In this document: piece by piece, positions 13,387 to 26,500 of the stretch | How the letters are laid out: the number at the start of each line of letters is the position of its first letter | Numbering within the stretch: the first letter of the stretch is position 1 | Assembly (NCBI RefSeq): GCF_037042905.1 | Contig: NC_087258.1 | Location: 19,964,001 to 20,028,000, forward strand | Direction: 5' to 3' | From: Lytechinus pictus | Taxonomy: Eukaryota | DNA length: 64,000 nucleotides | Position numbers and translations under genes: made by a program | The notes under the pieces: model-generated | The model's input: only the letters and a program-made list of their open reading frames with translations | Databases searched by the model: none | Told to the model about the DNA's origin: nothing

Positions 13387-14203
13387 GTAATAGCAGAACA
13401 ATGACTGAATGATCTAACATAGTACTAGACTTTGATACCGGTTCAGTAGACTTATTTTTAATTGATGATACGAATGAAATCATAGCGCACACACTGCGTT
13501 ACGTGTGGAGCATTCTGATCATTTGCTACCTGACACAGACCAATCTATTTTCCTTTTGAGCCTAATAGCTGTGTAGATATGGCAACTGTAGATAAATATT
13601 TTGCTAACCAAAGGGCATTGGCACTATGTTTAGGCTTAAATAACAGGCATTTGCTGCAGACTGATTTTCAGTTTTAGTTTTAAACTATATTCACATGTTT
13701 CTGGGAACACATCTTCAAAATAATCTCAGTTTTCTAGTATTTATTTGCTACATGACCTCTAAAATCCAGAACATTGGATCCTTCATGCCCAGATTCTATC
13801 TTTTCTGTATAGACTACATGAACCAACTAGAAATACCATTCATATCTTTGCCCCACTTAAGGCCGGTTTTGAATTCATTTGCTTTGATTCTTCACCATAT
13901 ATGTGTGACACTGGCCGAGTTTATGGTCACTCAATCTTTAGTGTGTATCTTGTCGTATTTAAAAGATATAAAGAATCTTTAATTCACAGATTCAGTGTCA
14001 AAATTGGTTCAGACCTTATCGACCCATTAAGCTGCCTAAAAAAGGAGCACTGAATTGAAGAGCAGATACACATTGTCCATTCCTGCTGGCTACATTTGAT
14101 GTTGATGAAATGCTGGAAATCTTTTCTTTCAATTGAAGGGAAACAGGCTGGCCGAAGTTGTGATTCCTCACGGAAAAATATTTGAACGTTTTTTGTATTC
14201 CAG

Positions 14204-16515
14204 GTCAATCCGCATCCTCTGGAGGAGAAGAAGACGCAAGGGAACGAGGAAAGTTTCGACATACCCGTGCGATAGACGTCAGGTTACCTCCAAGTATGGT
14301 TGGAGAAGGTTATCTGCAACAAACTGGCATGCTAGCTGACTCCTTCACTTGTGGACTTTGCCAGAAACCCTGTGGGAACAGAACTAATTATACTGTTCAT
14401 CTTAGGATCAAGCATGCCAAGGAACTGCCTTATGAGTGTCATGTGTGCGAAGAGAGATTCCCTACTGAGGCCGTTCTGAAGGACCATGCACAAACCAATC
14501 ACCAGTCGGGAGACAAGGACTATCGTTTCAAATGCGGTGCTTGCGGAGCAAGGTTCAGGCTGAAGCTCGATCTTCATGCCCACATGCTTTCTCACAATGA
14601 ATATGAACTGTTCCCCTGCCACCTCTGTCAGAGGACCTTCTCGGAAAGGGAAGAACTTTCAGAGCACTTATGTGAGCATATGAAAGCTCGGAACAAGAGA
14701 GTCCGCTGTCCCTTGTGCGGTAAGCTCTTCAACCGAGCTCGAAATCTTGCCATCCATCTCGGGACCCATAGTGCTACATACATATGCCAGCTTTGTGAGA
14801 ATAAAACTCGGATGCTGGAATGCGAGACATATGATGATCTTCAGGCCCTTCTTGGCATGAATACAACTGCACTTTTGCATACTTCTGAAGAAAACCATTT
14901 CAAACAAGAAGAACCTTCAGATAATCGGGAAACGCTTGTATGTAAACTATGTCGGACAACTTTAGCAAATGTACAGGAACGCAGTAGACATCATTGCAAG
15001 GTTTATCACTGCAGGAACTGCTCAAAATATTTTTGCTGTCCAGACCCCTTGGATGCTGATGGAAAGCCCTGGGATGTTGAGGAGAATTATCTGTGTCACA
15101 CCTGCATCCGTTCTCTTTGTCTCATGGACAAGATGCCACCAGATGAAACGTCTACCTCGGTAGATAGGATTACGGCCAAGTGCTGGATATGTGCAGAGAC
15201 CTTCTCCAAGGTGATCCCAACCTATCACAAGGTAATTATGAAACTGCCAAGTCCTAACCAGTCATGCTCCGATGACGAACCAGAAAACCTTTCTCTCAGC
15301 TTGCAATGCAAAATATGTGGCAATGTATACCCCAAAATGTCAGACTTGCAGAAGCATTACATGATCCATGAACTAAACCACTTATATCGATGTAGATTTT
15401 GCGATACAATCTGGGATAGGAAGAGGATGTACAGGCGCCATATGCAGACCCACAAGGTAAAGCCTTACAGGTGTCCAAAGTGCTACAAGGCATTCTCAAA
15501 TGAGAATCGTCTTAGGAGACACATTGATAAGCACGTGAGAAGGCACCTTAAAAGAAAGGGACAAATTCATTCTGATCCTTCTTTAATTTTCTCTGCTAGT
15601 GATGGGGCAAAGAAGAGGTTTAATAAGAAACGAAAAAAGCGGGCAAAAGGGAAGATGAAAAAGAAATCGAAAAGGAAGGTGAAAACTAAAGGTAAAAAAA
15701 CAGACGCAAATGCTGGAGAGAATGGAGATGTGTTAGAACCGGGAAAGTGTTTGCAGGTAGAACACCGAAATGTCTACCAGAGGAAAGGAGAAGAGTCTGG
15801 GAAATATGTCTGCGACATCTGCAACCTGTCCTGCGTAAACAATCTGCACCTTTACAACCACAAGATGGTCCACGCGGGGCAGAAGATACGCCCATGCGAC
15901 ATTTGCGGGCAAGGTTACAGATCGAATTACGAACTCATGAAGCACAAAGAAGACCAGCACAGTCAGTGCCACTGCCAGATCTGCGGCAAAGGCTTCCTGT
16001 CCACAAGCGATCTTGAGGTTCACCACAAGGAGAAGCACGTGAAGGATCCGTTGACTTGCGCCACATGTGGCAAGGTGTGTGTGAACGAGCGCCATCTGGA
16101 GAATCACCGCGTTGTCCACACTGGCAGGAAGCTCTTTGTTTGCGAATTCTGCGGGCAAGGTTTCCATCTTCGCTACGCCCTGGTCGAGCATTTGGGGATC
16201 CATACCGGCCAAAAACCCCATCGCTGTGATATCTGCCAACAGAGTTTTTCCCAAACTGAAGACCTGCTACAACACAAGAAGTTGATGCACAGTCAAGAGC
16301 ATCCGGGACTTGTCATTGGAAATGACTTCATCAAGGAAGAGCCTATAGAAGAAGTTGATCATTCAGGCCAGTCATTAAATGCCTTCATCGAAAAAGAAGA
16401 AATAGAGCATCCGGGACTAGTCATTGGAACTGACTTCATCAAGAAAGAAGCTATAGATCAGATTCAAGAAGTTGATCAGTCGATACAGTCATATAATTCT
16501 GATGTGGATAATTGA
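14204..16515 (+). CDS. Second terminal exon encoding about 770 aa with about 15 C2H2 zinc fingers and a Lys-rich basic segment
   Basis: TTTTTGTATTCCAG acceptor ends at 14203 (phase 1, G-Q-S-A-S...). Canonical fingers include HTGQKPH- and HTGRKLF-type linkers. Basic tract KKRFNKKRKKRAKGKMKKKSKRK; stop TGA at 16513-16515. Confidence 0.9.
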
Positions 16516-17086
16516 TTTTAATAGCATTGAGTATTTAGATTAATATGACCCTACATGTATTTGACTCTCACTGTCACAAAAAATGTTTCCAAATCTTTAA
16601 AATGAAGCAGAGATTGCCTCCTAGAAACTGTGGTGTATGACGATGATCATCACAAACTAACCAGTAATATCAATATCATCATCCTTGATAACTCTAGCTA
16701 CTTTGACACATTATATGAATTGCTAACAAATGGGAGAATATTGTATCCACTATCTAAGTTGATCACTCCATTTTACCCTGGCTTTGCAGTGCTTTCGTAG
16801 GTCCTGCTTATATCATTTCAGTGATTCCTGCAGGTACTCTTTCCTCCTCCATATGGGAGAGGACAAACATAGAGTAATGCCTGTCCAAAGCACGACTATA
16901 TTAAGGTGTAGCAGGAAGTAAAATGCTAGGCCTGTGGTGGGTCCTCTAACCAACGTGAACTATCGGCAAGTAACAAAAAAACTTCTTAAGACATGATATA
17001 TTTGCTCTGTGCTGTCAATGGCCAGTTAGTTTCATAAAAAGCAGTCTAATCTGTAGTCTGTATGTGCAAAATGATGGAGACTTTTA

Positions 17087-17363
17087 GGCCCATATTCTGA
17101 AGTCAGGGAAATATGGGAAGCCATAAGTGTAAAAATTTTTATGAAGTTGTATGTTTCTTATGTCTACTGTGCTCTTTCCTGATTCATCGATGGTGAAGAC
17201 AATCATCTATTTATACTTCCTAGACAATTATGAATGATTTGAGAGCCAAATGAGCTGAGATATGATATCTCTAGCGTTAGTGATTTATGTTACAATTGGC
17301 TATCCATAATAAACCACAACTTTTAACCTGAGTTTAAGTCAAACCAGTCTTCAGAATACAGTC
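17087..17363. mobile_element. Short MITE with GGCCC-type termini
   Basis: Imperfect terminal inverted repeat GGCCCATATTCTGAAG ... CTTCAGAATACAGTC. Confidence 0.5.
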
Positions 17364-19287
17364 TTGAAACAATTTGAAGCTTACAGACCTGAGATTGACC
17401 TACATGTATCACACACATGGCAATATATTTCCAATGTTTATATTCATCTGAGATGAAAGTATTAGCAAACTTAAAAAATCTTTTTGAGTCAGATCATTGA
17501 AAATTTGTCTTGTCTTTCCATGCTGGCTCTAATTTACATATACTAACTTAAGTTTGTACATTTCTCTGAACTTTTTTGAGTTTTCTGGATTGTGGACCAT
17601 TAAATGTCTTTTTCACTCAAACAACTCTTTATTATAAAAAGTATGCAAAAGGGGCCATTAGAGACAGCTACGAGTAGTCCATGTAAGAATCGTATTGCGT
17701 GAAGCTCGTGAACTTGGTGGGGTTTTCAACTCATTCTCAGTAAGCTTTAGAGATTTTTGAAGTTAGTTGATGTACTTTTTAATTTATTCTTTGATATCGT
17801 AGGAAATTACCCTGGAAAAATTAAATAATTATTATAAAAAAATTACCATGGGGAGAAAGAGGAATTTTGTCCCTCAAACAAAGTAAATGCCCATTTAGGT
17901 CGCAGAAGAGCACTAGTATTAGTAAATTGTTATTTGTTTTGTAAGGTATTCTTTTGGAGGACAAAAACTAATAAAAATTGCCCCCCTTGCAAACATTTAT
18001 TTGCGTTGCGCTTCAGGTTAGTTGCTGAATGTGGATTTTAAATGATGTCCAAATTTTGCAAGATGTTAGTTTTCATTTGCCACTTATGGCCCAAGAATTT
18101 TGGTAGACATCGCCCTATCAGAGTGACTGAGGGAAACTTAACGACATTCTTTGGGAAATTATATTCAAATTTGTGCTCATTGTTGTGATATTTCACTTAT
18201 GTTGTTCATAAAAGCTTTTCTTTCTGCTATGAAGAAAGGAAACAAAGTGTCAACTTTTTAAATAAATGGTGCTGATGTGCAAGAGGAATGTATTATCTAG
18301 GAGTGCCAAAATTAATTTTACAAAATCTGAATTATCGTAAAAGTACAAGTTGTATAATAATGATGACAGCATGGTTTACTTAGAACTGTGCATGTATGTA
18401 TCAGTTAATGCATACAGTTCATTGATGGAGCCTAATATAGTATCAAAGTAAAATTTTCTCTATTGTTTTTGTATTTTTCATTGTATGTATTTGAATTCGT
18501 GGAAGGGTTCAAAGGTCTTTAGTTTCTTATATATTTTCTCTTATTCTGAAATATTTGTTTGATTTCATATCTAATTTCTTAGCTCCAAAGACACTTTAAT
18601 GACAAGTCCATGGCATCTGTAAATGTATTTTTGATATGATTGTGCATTTATAAGAAGTTGATCTAAAAACAGTAAACCTATCAAAATAACAAAGGTAAAT
18701 AGTTAAGAGATTGATGTGTCTGTTAAAATTTTTTTTCTACAAAACATAATAATAATATAAAATTAATATGAACAAAGGCAGTGTAGCAATGATTACACCT
18801 TATTTATTTGCTCAAATTTTTTTTGATGTGTCTAGGATTTTTTTTTTAATCTATGTAGGATTATTTTTCTTGTGTATCTATTGACTTCAATTATTCCAAA
18901 CTTGTATCATTTCCAAATTTTTCAATATGTAAATTTTACAAAGACGTTTGATGTTTCAAAACTTATTCGGGACAAATTATATTATTCCAGGAATATGACA
19001 AACATAGGTTTGCATGACTTTTCAACCTTGAATTTTCCAGGTGACACATTTGGGGCCTGTTTCATTTTAAAAATGTTGAAATGAAAAGTTTGCAATAAAA
19101 TTATTAAGCTACTGAAATCATTCAATTTGATTGGCTGCTCATAAATTTGTTGTAGAACTTTGTAATGGCAACACTTTATGAAACATCCCCTTTGTATGCA
19201 TGATTCACTGGATAAATGATGATCACAGCAACATTACATTATTTTTCTTTCCTAAAAAAGAATTGTCATATTGAAGCTGCTGATATA

Positions 19288-19548
19288 CAGTGGTGCTCAA
19301 AATTTAGCGAACCCCACCAGAAGATGAACATATAAGTGTTCAAAGTTCTACCATGTTTTAGATCTTTGATTGTGCAGTAAGATGATAAAATATTACATTC
19401 AATAGAGTTTGTTTCTGTGGGCTAGCTGAACATTGTAGTGTTGTTGTCTCTGGGCTAGCTGAACATTGTAGTGTTGTCGTCTACAAGCAACACTCGGCAT
19501 GAAGGAGTCCAATTTGGGGTGGGGTTCACAAACCTTTGAGCACAACTG
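19288..19548. mobile_element. Tc1/mariner-type MITE
   Basis: TA|CAGTGGTGCTCAAA...GAACCCCACC and GGTGGGGTTC...TTTGAGCACAACTG|TA. The ends resemble those of the Tc1 at 54907. Confidence 0.75.
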
Positions 19549-19697
19549 TATGCTGTATTTCTGACAAATAGTTTACTGCCGCAGTCACACTCGTGAAACT
19601 GACCCCAAGCCAGCTACCACAAAACCAACAATAAGTCACCAGGGAAGGTTCTATGTGTATAGCCCAAATTGTAATTTGTGATAAATTTGTAATTAGT

Positions 19698-19736
19698 GTG
19701 GAGGCGTGATAGCTCAGTTGGTAGAGCGGGGATTCA
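19698..19736 (+). mobile_element. Truncated tRNA-derived SINE head
   Basis: GGAGGCGTGATAGCTCAGTTGGTAGAGCG is an A-box/D-arm-like sequence, cut off by the adjacent MITE. Confidence 0.45.
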
Positions 19737-20142
19737 CTATTTCTTTTGTTTTTTTATTGTTTGAAATATAGAATATTTCAATTTTTACAGATTTGACAAT
19801 AAGGACCAACTTGATTGAACCATATAATGTTAAGGCGATGGTAATTCCACGTGTTAAGGGAGGAAGGAAACTTTGTTTCAAGGACAATGAGGAGAAAATG
19901 GAAATAAATCATATTTCATATAACGAAATACAAAAGAAATAGTGAGTGAGTGATGTCATCAGTCCCCTCATTTGCATACCGAACAGGATGTGCATATAAC
20001 TGTTTTTTTTTAATTAAGTGAAACTTCAATATGTCATAACTTTCTTATTTAACAACTGATTTTGATGAAATTTTCAGTGTTATACTTGTTGGATGTTTAT
20101 CTTTTTATTCAAGTCAAGTCTTTGTTGGGGTGGACTTGTCCT
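19737..20142 (-). mobile_element. Partial TTAA-target (Kolobok-like) MITE, AGGACAAGTCCACCCC family
   Basis: Ends GGGGTGGACTTGTCCT|TTAA; reverse complement of the element starting at 50197. Confidence 0.75.
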
Positions 20143-20276
20143 TTAAAAAACATTTTGAACAAACACGCATTTTAGATGTGGGCGTTGCTGCCTTTCCATC
20201 TAGTTGAGATTGATCAGATCAATTGCAGCTCTTTAAAGACAGGGCCCTCTTATACTGTACTTTATGATTTCCATCA

Positions 20277-20570
20277 TGTGTATTGTTTTTTATGAGCAAG
20301 TGCGATGTTAATATCATGAGTTATGATATTTTATTTTATTACGCAGTAAGTGCTGGAAAAAAATCTATGAAGTGTTATGTAAACCACAACTTTCTATGTT
20401 TTACAGAAGAAAGGAGGAAGAATGGTTAAACAATGTGTTTTATTGGTTTTTAATGAGCAAGTGAGATGTTAATATCATGAGTTATGATATTTTATTTTAT
20501 TACGCAGTAACTGCTGTGTTTTGTGAAGCACAATGTTCTATGTTTTACAGAAGATAGGAGGAAGAATGGT
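20277..20570. repeat. Local direct duplication, period about 160 bp
   Basis: ATGAGCAAGTGMGATGTTAATATCATGAGTTATGATATTTTTATTTTATTACGCAGTAA...GGAGGAAGAATGGT occurs twice. Confidence 0.8.
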
Positions 20571-22349
20571 GTCAAAACAATAATTTTTGTCTAAAACCTC
20601 TGTGAAATAAATTCTAGGAAAGTACTGCTTTGTATATGAAGTGGCACAAGTCATTTCTAAAGTGTGGCATACTAATGATAACTTTGAAAAGCTCCCATCG
20701 CTCTGAAAATAAGCTTATCATACAGTGCATATATGCATTTTTTTTTGCATATGTTTGTTATTCAAAATCTTTTAGTGGTTTAGAAATTTGTGACACTACA
20801 TTTCAATTCGTTTTGTTGTAATTACGTGACTGAATATTTGCCGTTGATCCTTCATGTATTTTTCTTTTCTCTTTCATGTGGTGTACAACAAATGCCAATA
20901 TTGGCAATTTTATGACCCCCCCCCCCTCTCCTGTAACATTTGTGTATATTATCATGATAATGTTGTAGTGATGATTAAGTAACATTATTTTAGGATTGCA
21001 TTTTGTAATGATAGTAAAATGCAGTTCCTCTAGTTGTGTAACCTTAAATAGTTTTTTTTTAATTACTATTACTGCCAAGTTGAATATAGTATTGTACATA
21101 ATACATGCGCATACCATGTTGTAAAGAAAATTATTTTGCCTTGAAATTTCGGTTAGCAAATTTGTTCATCTGTACTGGTTATTTTTTCATTATGAAGAAA
21201 TTGGTGAGAGAGGGGGACTGGAAAATTGAGAATGAGAGGGTGTGGTATGGTGTGTGTTGAGGGTGTACGGAGGGCGCGTTTGTGGGTGTGTGGTTGTGAG
21301 TGTGAAAGAGAGAAATTTGGCGGGATATGTGTACTTGGGGAGAGAAAGTAAAGTATTTTGCAGTGTTTTTGCAATTTGTGGGTGTGTGTTGGGGAGGATG
21401 GAGGTTTACCGTTATGTCATGTACGTGTTTAGGGTTACACGGGCCTAATCACAACTGGCAGGCAAAAGAAATTCATTCGAGCCAACCCATTCTCAATTTT
21501 TAAATTTGATATTGCTGATTGACAAAAATGAATGAATATGATTGACAATCAAACACTGATTCTAGGGAGGGTACCTACTGAACTTCCTTTCCAAATTGGA
21601 GAGATATATCACAAATATGGAAATAATTTTTTTACTGGCGGAAGAATTTGGGCCATATTTTACCCTCTCAAGTGATGAATTTGATCCTGTCAGGTGTAGC
21701 TAGTCTTCATAAATGCCGATTTATTTTTAAAATGAGCCGGTCGAGGTACCCTTTTCTGATCAGATATGGAATGTGAGACATTTATGTCCTGTCCACTGGT
21801 AGTAAACATTCAACCCTCGAATTTCCTCCTTATTTTTTAAAGTGCTACTTTAACACACGAGTCTATGGGAAATGAATTAGGCCTGTGATACCTTAGGTAA
21901 TAAAGGTGCGACAGGACAGGGACTGGATTTGGTAGATGTGCGTGTGTTATATACACGATGCCGCAAAGGAATTATTAGAGAGATCACACTTTTCGCAGAA
22001 CCAACAGGGAAAGAACAACATAGAAAGATTCATTAATCCAACATGAATCTGTTTTAGATTTGATGTTTTAAATTTGAGAGGGTCATGGTTTAAAAGGGGA
22101 TATAAAGTCTGATGAAATCGTGTGACCTATTTTCAATCTTTGTTATTTCGTTGTTTGTTTATTTTGTTATATTGAGTTTTCTTTTATTTCTTTCTCTCGC
22201 TCTTCATTCTATCTTTCTTACTTCCTTCGCTCCTTTATTTCTTTCTTTCTCTTCCTTTTTCTTTCTTTTAATTCTTTCTTTCTTTATTCCTTTCTTTCGT
22301 TCTTTCTTTCTTATTTTTTTTCTTTCCTCCCCTCCTTCCTTCCTTCCTC

Positions 22350-23335
22350 ATCATAACCGTCCATACCATCATTATCATCTTCCCCATTATCATCCTCGTT
22401 GTCATCATAAAAAAAGCCACCACCATCATCATCATGATCATCATCACCACCATCATCATAAACATCTTTTGCCCATCACTGTCATCATCACCTTCGCCAC
22501 CAACGGAGCATTTTCAGCACGTGCCAACAACTAACATCGCTCTCGATCATCTGTTGTAGGCCTATATACTATGACATCTCGCGACCCGTTGATCCTCCAT
22601 CATCTCCCCACCCTAGATCTCCCCTCCCTCTAAGCCCCCACCGCGAACCATTCGATCCACCAAAATATAATCGAGTATGATATCATTTGATAAAAGTGAT
22701 GACCATTCATCATCAATCATCATCATCACCACCACCATTTCCATCATCACAATTATCATCGTCTTCATCCTCATCATTGTCAACATCGTCACTGTCATCA
22801 TCATCACCATTATCATCATCTCCATCTTTTCCATAGACATCATCTTCACCATCATCACCATCCTTATCACCATCATCATCATCATAACCATCATTATTAT
22901 CATCATCATCATCACCTTCACCATCATCATCACCACCACTACCATCGTCACCAACAGACCACTTTCAGTGGCAACAGCTAGCATTGGTCTTGATCCTATG
23001 TTGTAGTAGGCCTACGTATGACATAATATTCCGACCATAGATATCCATCATCTCCCTCCCCTAGAGCCCCCCCCCTCTAAGCCCCCCACCCCGAACCATT
23101 CGATCATCATCATCATCACCACCACCACCACTACCATCGTCACCAACAGAACACTCAGTGGCAACGGCTAGCATTGCTCTTGATCCTCTGTTGTAGTAGG
23201 TATACGTATGACATAATATTCCGACCATACCCACCATCTCCCTCCCCTAGCGCTCCCCTCCCCCTAAGCCCCCACCCCGCTCAATCATCCACCGAGATAT
23301 AATCGTGTATGATATCATTTGACAAAAGTGATATG
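22350..23335. repeat. (CAT/CAC)n microsatellites interleaved with three copies of a ~110-bp C-rich unit
   Basis: The unit TGTTGTAG...TATGACAT...CATCTCCC...CCCTAG...CTAAGCCCCCACC occurs at about 22551, 22999 and 23188. Confidence 0.75.
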
Positions 23336-23366
23336 ATGATGGCATCACCGGCTGGAGAGCCAGATG

Positions 23367-23546
23367 TATAAACTCCATTGCGATTGTTGTTCAACTATTT
23401 GAATCATTTCATTCATCGTCACGCTCGCAGTGGATATCATTGGCGGATTGCTGTGAGTCAAATGTAGATCATCAGATGTTGATTAAGCCTAAATACACGT
23501 GCGTGTATAGCCATATCATCAAAGCCTGTGTGTTATCATGGTAAGT
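23367..23546 (+). promoter_or_regulatory. Candidate TATA promoter and first exon of the FN3 membrane-protein gene
   Basis: TATAAA at 23367, Inr-like TCATTT about 30 nt downstream and a consensus donor ATG|GTAAGT at 23541. A second candidate donor GTAAGT lies at 25967; the acceptor TTTCCACAG ends at 28081. Confidence 0.4.
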
Positions 23547-26500
23547 GTTAGATTATCTCTTTTTTCGCAGTATCATTATTTTTCTTGTAAAAAATCGTCT
23601 GCTTATTGTGTTTAATGCATGTGCAAAATTTGAGTAAATGAAACAGCTAAATAATGCTTGCACTAATCTATATTTAGCACACTGAGATACAACACATTTT
23701 AAATTCCCCGGTCTTCCGTTTTCTCAACAAAAAAAAAGCCCAACAAATTGAGAGTGGTTCGATGATAGAAAATTTATGTACATTTGCAGTAAATTTCTCC
23801 AGTAAACACTTCAATGAGTTTGATGCAGATCATCTTTTTTTTTAAATTTCATTGAATTTTGCTTTTGTTTATTTATTTTTGTTTTTATTATTGCAAAATG
23901 CTGGGTTATTGATTAAGCCTTCTCTATCATTTATATTCCATTAGTGAATTTTACAGGTATTTATAACTACTTCATGGTTTTTTAAAATCATATTTACTTG
24001 AGTAGGAGTCTGTTCATGATTGTTATGGCCAGACTGTAGAATTTTAAGTATATAGGTTTTGTATTAGTCTTTAAGGTATGGATGATGTTTGAATGTTTCC
24101 TATTTATTTCACATGACACTTCCGTTATTCTGTAAATAATGGACATGAAATAACTTGGAAAATGAACACGATGTAGCATAGATAAAATATTAAGAAAGAT
24201 AACAAAGATTATGGTAATCCCAGAAGCAGTAATCATTAGCTAATATGAATTAAACGAAATAGGATAGGATTTGCACCCAAATACAAAGTTCATATCTTAT
24301 ACCCTTTAAGCGAGAGTTAGTCGGCGGGTTGGGGGCTTTTCTGGTCATAAAACCGCACCCGCATGAACAAAAAATAATAACGGCTAAGAAAAAAAGTATT
24401 AAAAGAAAGGAAAGTAAATGAAACAAGGGTGACGTAACATAATATTTTCTGAACATTATTTTAAAGAAAATATATCACAAAATTTAAATCATTTGCATAT
24501 TAAAGGTAAAAAAAATACTCTCATCGTTTGCTCCTTCCAGTTTAATTTTTTTGTTCTCGAAAGTTTCGCTTAATACGCGGTGTCTGCATGACCTAAAATT
24601 GTTTGCGTTTTACGCATATGACAGATACTGACAGACATTTAATTTTTTTTTTTACGTCAATCGAAATATCGCGTGTATACCTAAATCGTTTAGGCCCTAA
24701 ACAATATAAGTAGGACTTTTGGAATAATGGAATCGTACCGTGAATTATGACAATCATTGTTATCATCTTTCTAATATAAATCAAATGAAAGGTATCACCA
24801 CCCCATAGCCTTACAAATATCATTAAAGTACATTGTATCATGCCAGCAAAAAACATTCATCCTTGACAATAATTTTTCATAAGTGGTTATAATAAAAATA
24901 TGTCACTGTCAAATTATAGCAATTTCGCGTATTGGAGTTATATTTTAAACAAACTGGTATGAAGGAAATTTGATCACACCATCATTTCTTGCAATCTTCT
25001 TTTAATGAAAAAAAAAGGATTCAAATTGTTCTATTAGTAAAAAATACGCGGGAACGGCGAACTATCATTCATAGCTAGCATAAGTGGGTTTTAAATTCGC
25101 ATTATGCCTTTGTCCTCTATTTTCACGAGTACACAATTAACCACGCAAAGTAATTTCATCTACTGTTTGGTGCAGTCCGGAGATCCAGATGAAAACAAAT
25201 CTTTTAATGGTTGTCATCAAAAGAATTGATTATTACCTGCCCCCTTTGAAGAACAACTTTCTTTCCATGTTACTGTTTTTCTTACTTTCTTTTTATTTTT
25301 ATAGTCAATAGATGGAACTGACTACTGGCGTAAAGATGGGGACGGGGGGGGGGGGGGGGTTGGGGCTTGGGGAGGCATGGACCCCACAAAGTTCCTCGAC
25401 CACGATAAAACAGAAGTAAAAGAATTAAAGGAAAGGGTGGGAGATATTAATCTCTTAATTATGATCTGAAAATGTATCACTATTGGATTTTTGTCTGAAA
25501 AAAAAATCTCTTTAGATTTTTTGTGCACCACATGGCATGTCTGGCCTCCTCACAATTTTCGCCTAAAACCCTGGAGCTGAGCAAAAAAGTTAAGCTTGAA
25601 TAAGCCCTTTCTTCAGCACTTTCCTATTTACCTGGATACATCCACAATACGGCCTATCGAATTATGGCGTCTTTTGTGTTACCCGGCGCATAGCTATTGT
25701 GGGTCATTACGTAACAATACACTTTGATGTCGTTTGTGACGTATCTCTACTTAAGTGTGGTTTTAATGCGCACGCATCGCAGATATACCGCTGCACAACC
25801 AACACACAACCCATTATATTCATACACTGTGTACGACTTCATTGGACATATTATCGGAGATAAAATAGAAAATGTATTTCAAGAAGACGTCGGATAAAAC
25901 CTGAAAATTACAATTCATTAACAGTGGATACCTAAGATATTATATTTTGGAAACAATGCAGGTTTGGTAAGTTTTTTTTCTGTTAAAATTCACAAAATTA
26001 TCATTATTTTGGTGTACGAAATTATCATCACTATTTTTTCATGATGAAGAACTTTTGTGCGTTCTACTTTCTCCGTTTGTTTAGCTAAAAACATGTCTGT
26101 CCAATTTGTAGGAATATAGTCTTACACCAGAAAGACAACATCTTCACGAACATATCAACATGTTCAGGATCAAAACAATCAGTTGTTAGGCCCTTCTTGG
26201 TAGTGATCGGTTAAAAGATAATTTTATGCCGTCGATGAGAAGTACGTGACTCGGTCCTTTTTAAATGAACAATAGCTTCAGTTTGACAGGCATATCTAGC
26301 AAAATATGATCATAATTACATTTTAAACACCCTTTTACAAGGATCTCAATCCCTTCAGGTTGTTCTGATGACATTAATTAAAACATAATTTGTGATTACA
26401 ATGCTAGCCCTATAAAAGTTTCAGACCTCAATATGAACAATTAAGAAATCGTTTACATGTAGTACCATTAGAACTTTAGCATTAAAAATTATTTTTTTCT

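Noticed and set aside
15733-16254. 173-aa antisense ORF and other short ORFs overlapping the ZF exons
   Set aside because: These are shadows of the sense-strand codon structure with no recognisable motifs.
22112-23006. His-, Met- and Ile-rich ORFs (also 37850-38238 and 40880-41226)
   Set aside because: They are translations of trinucleotide microsatellites.
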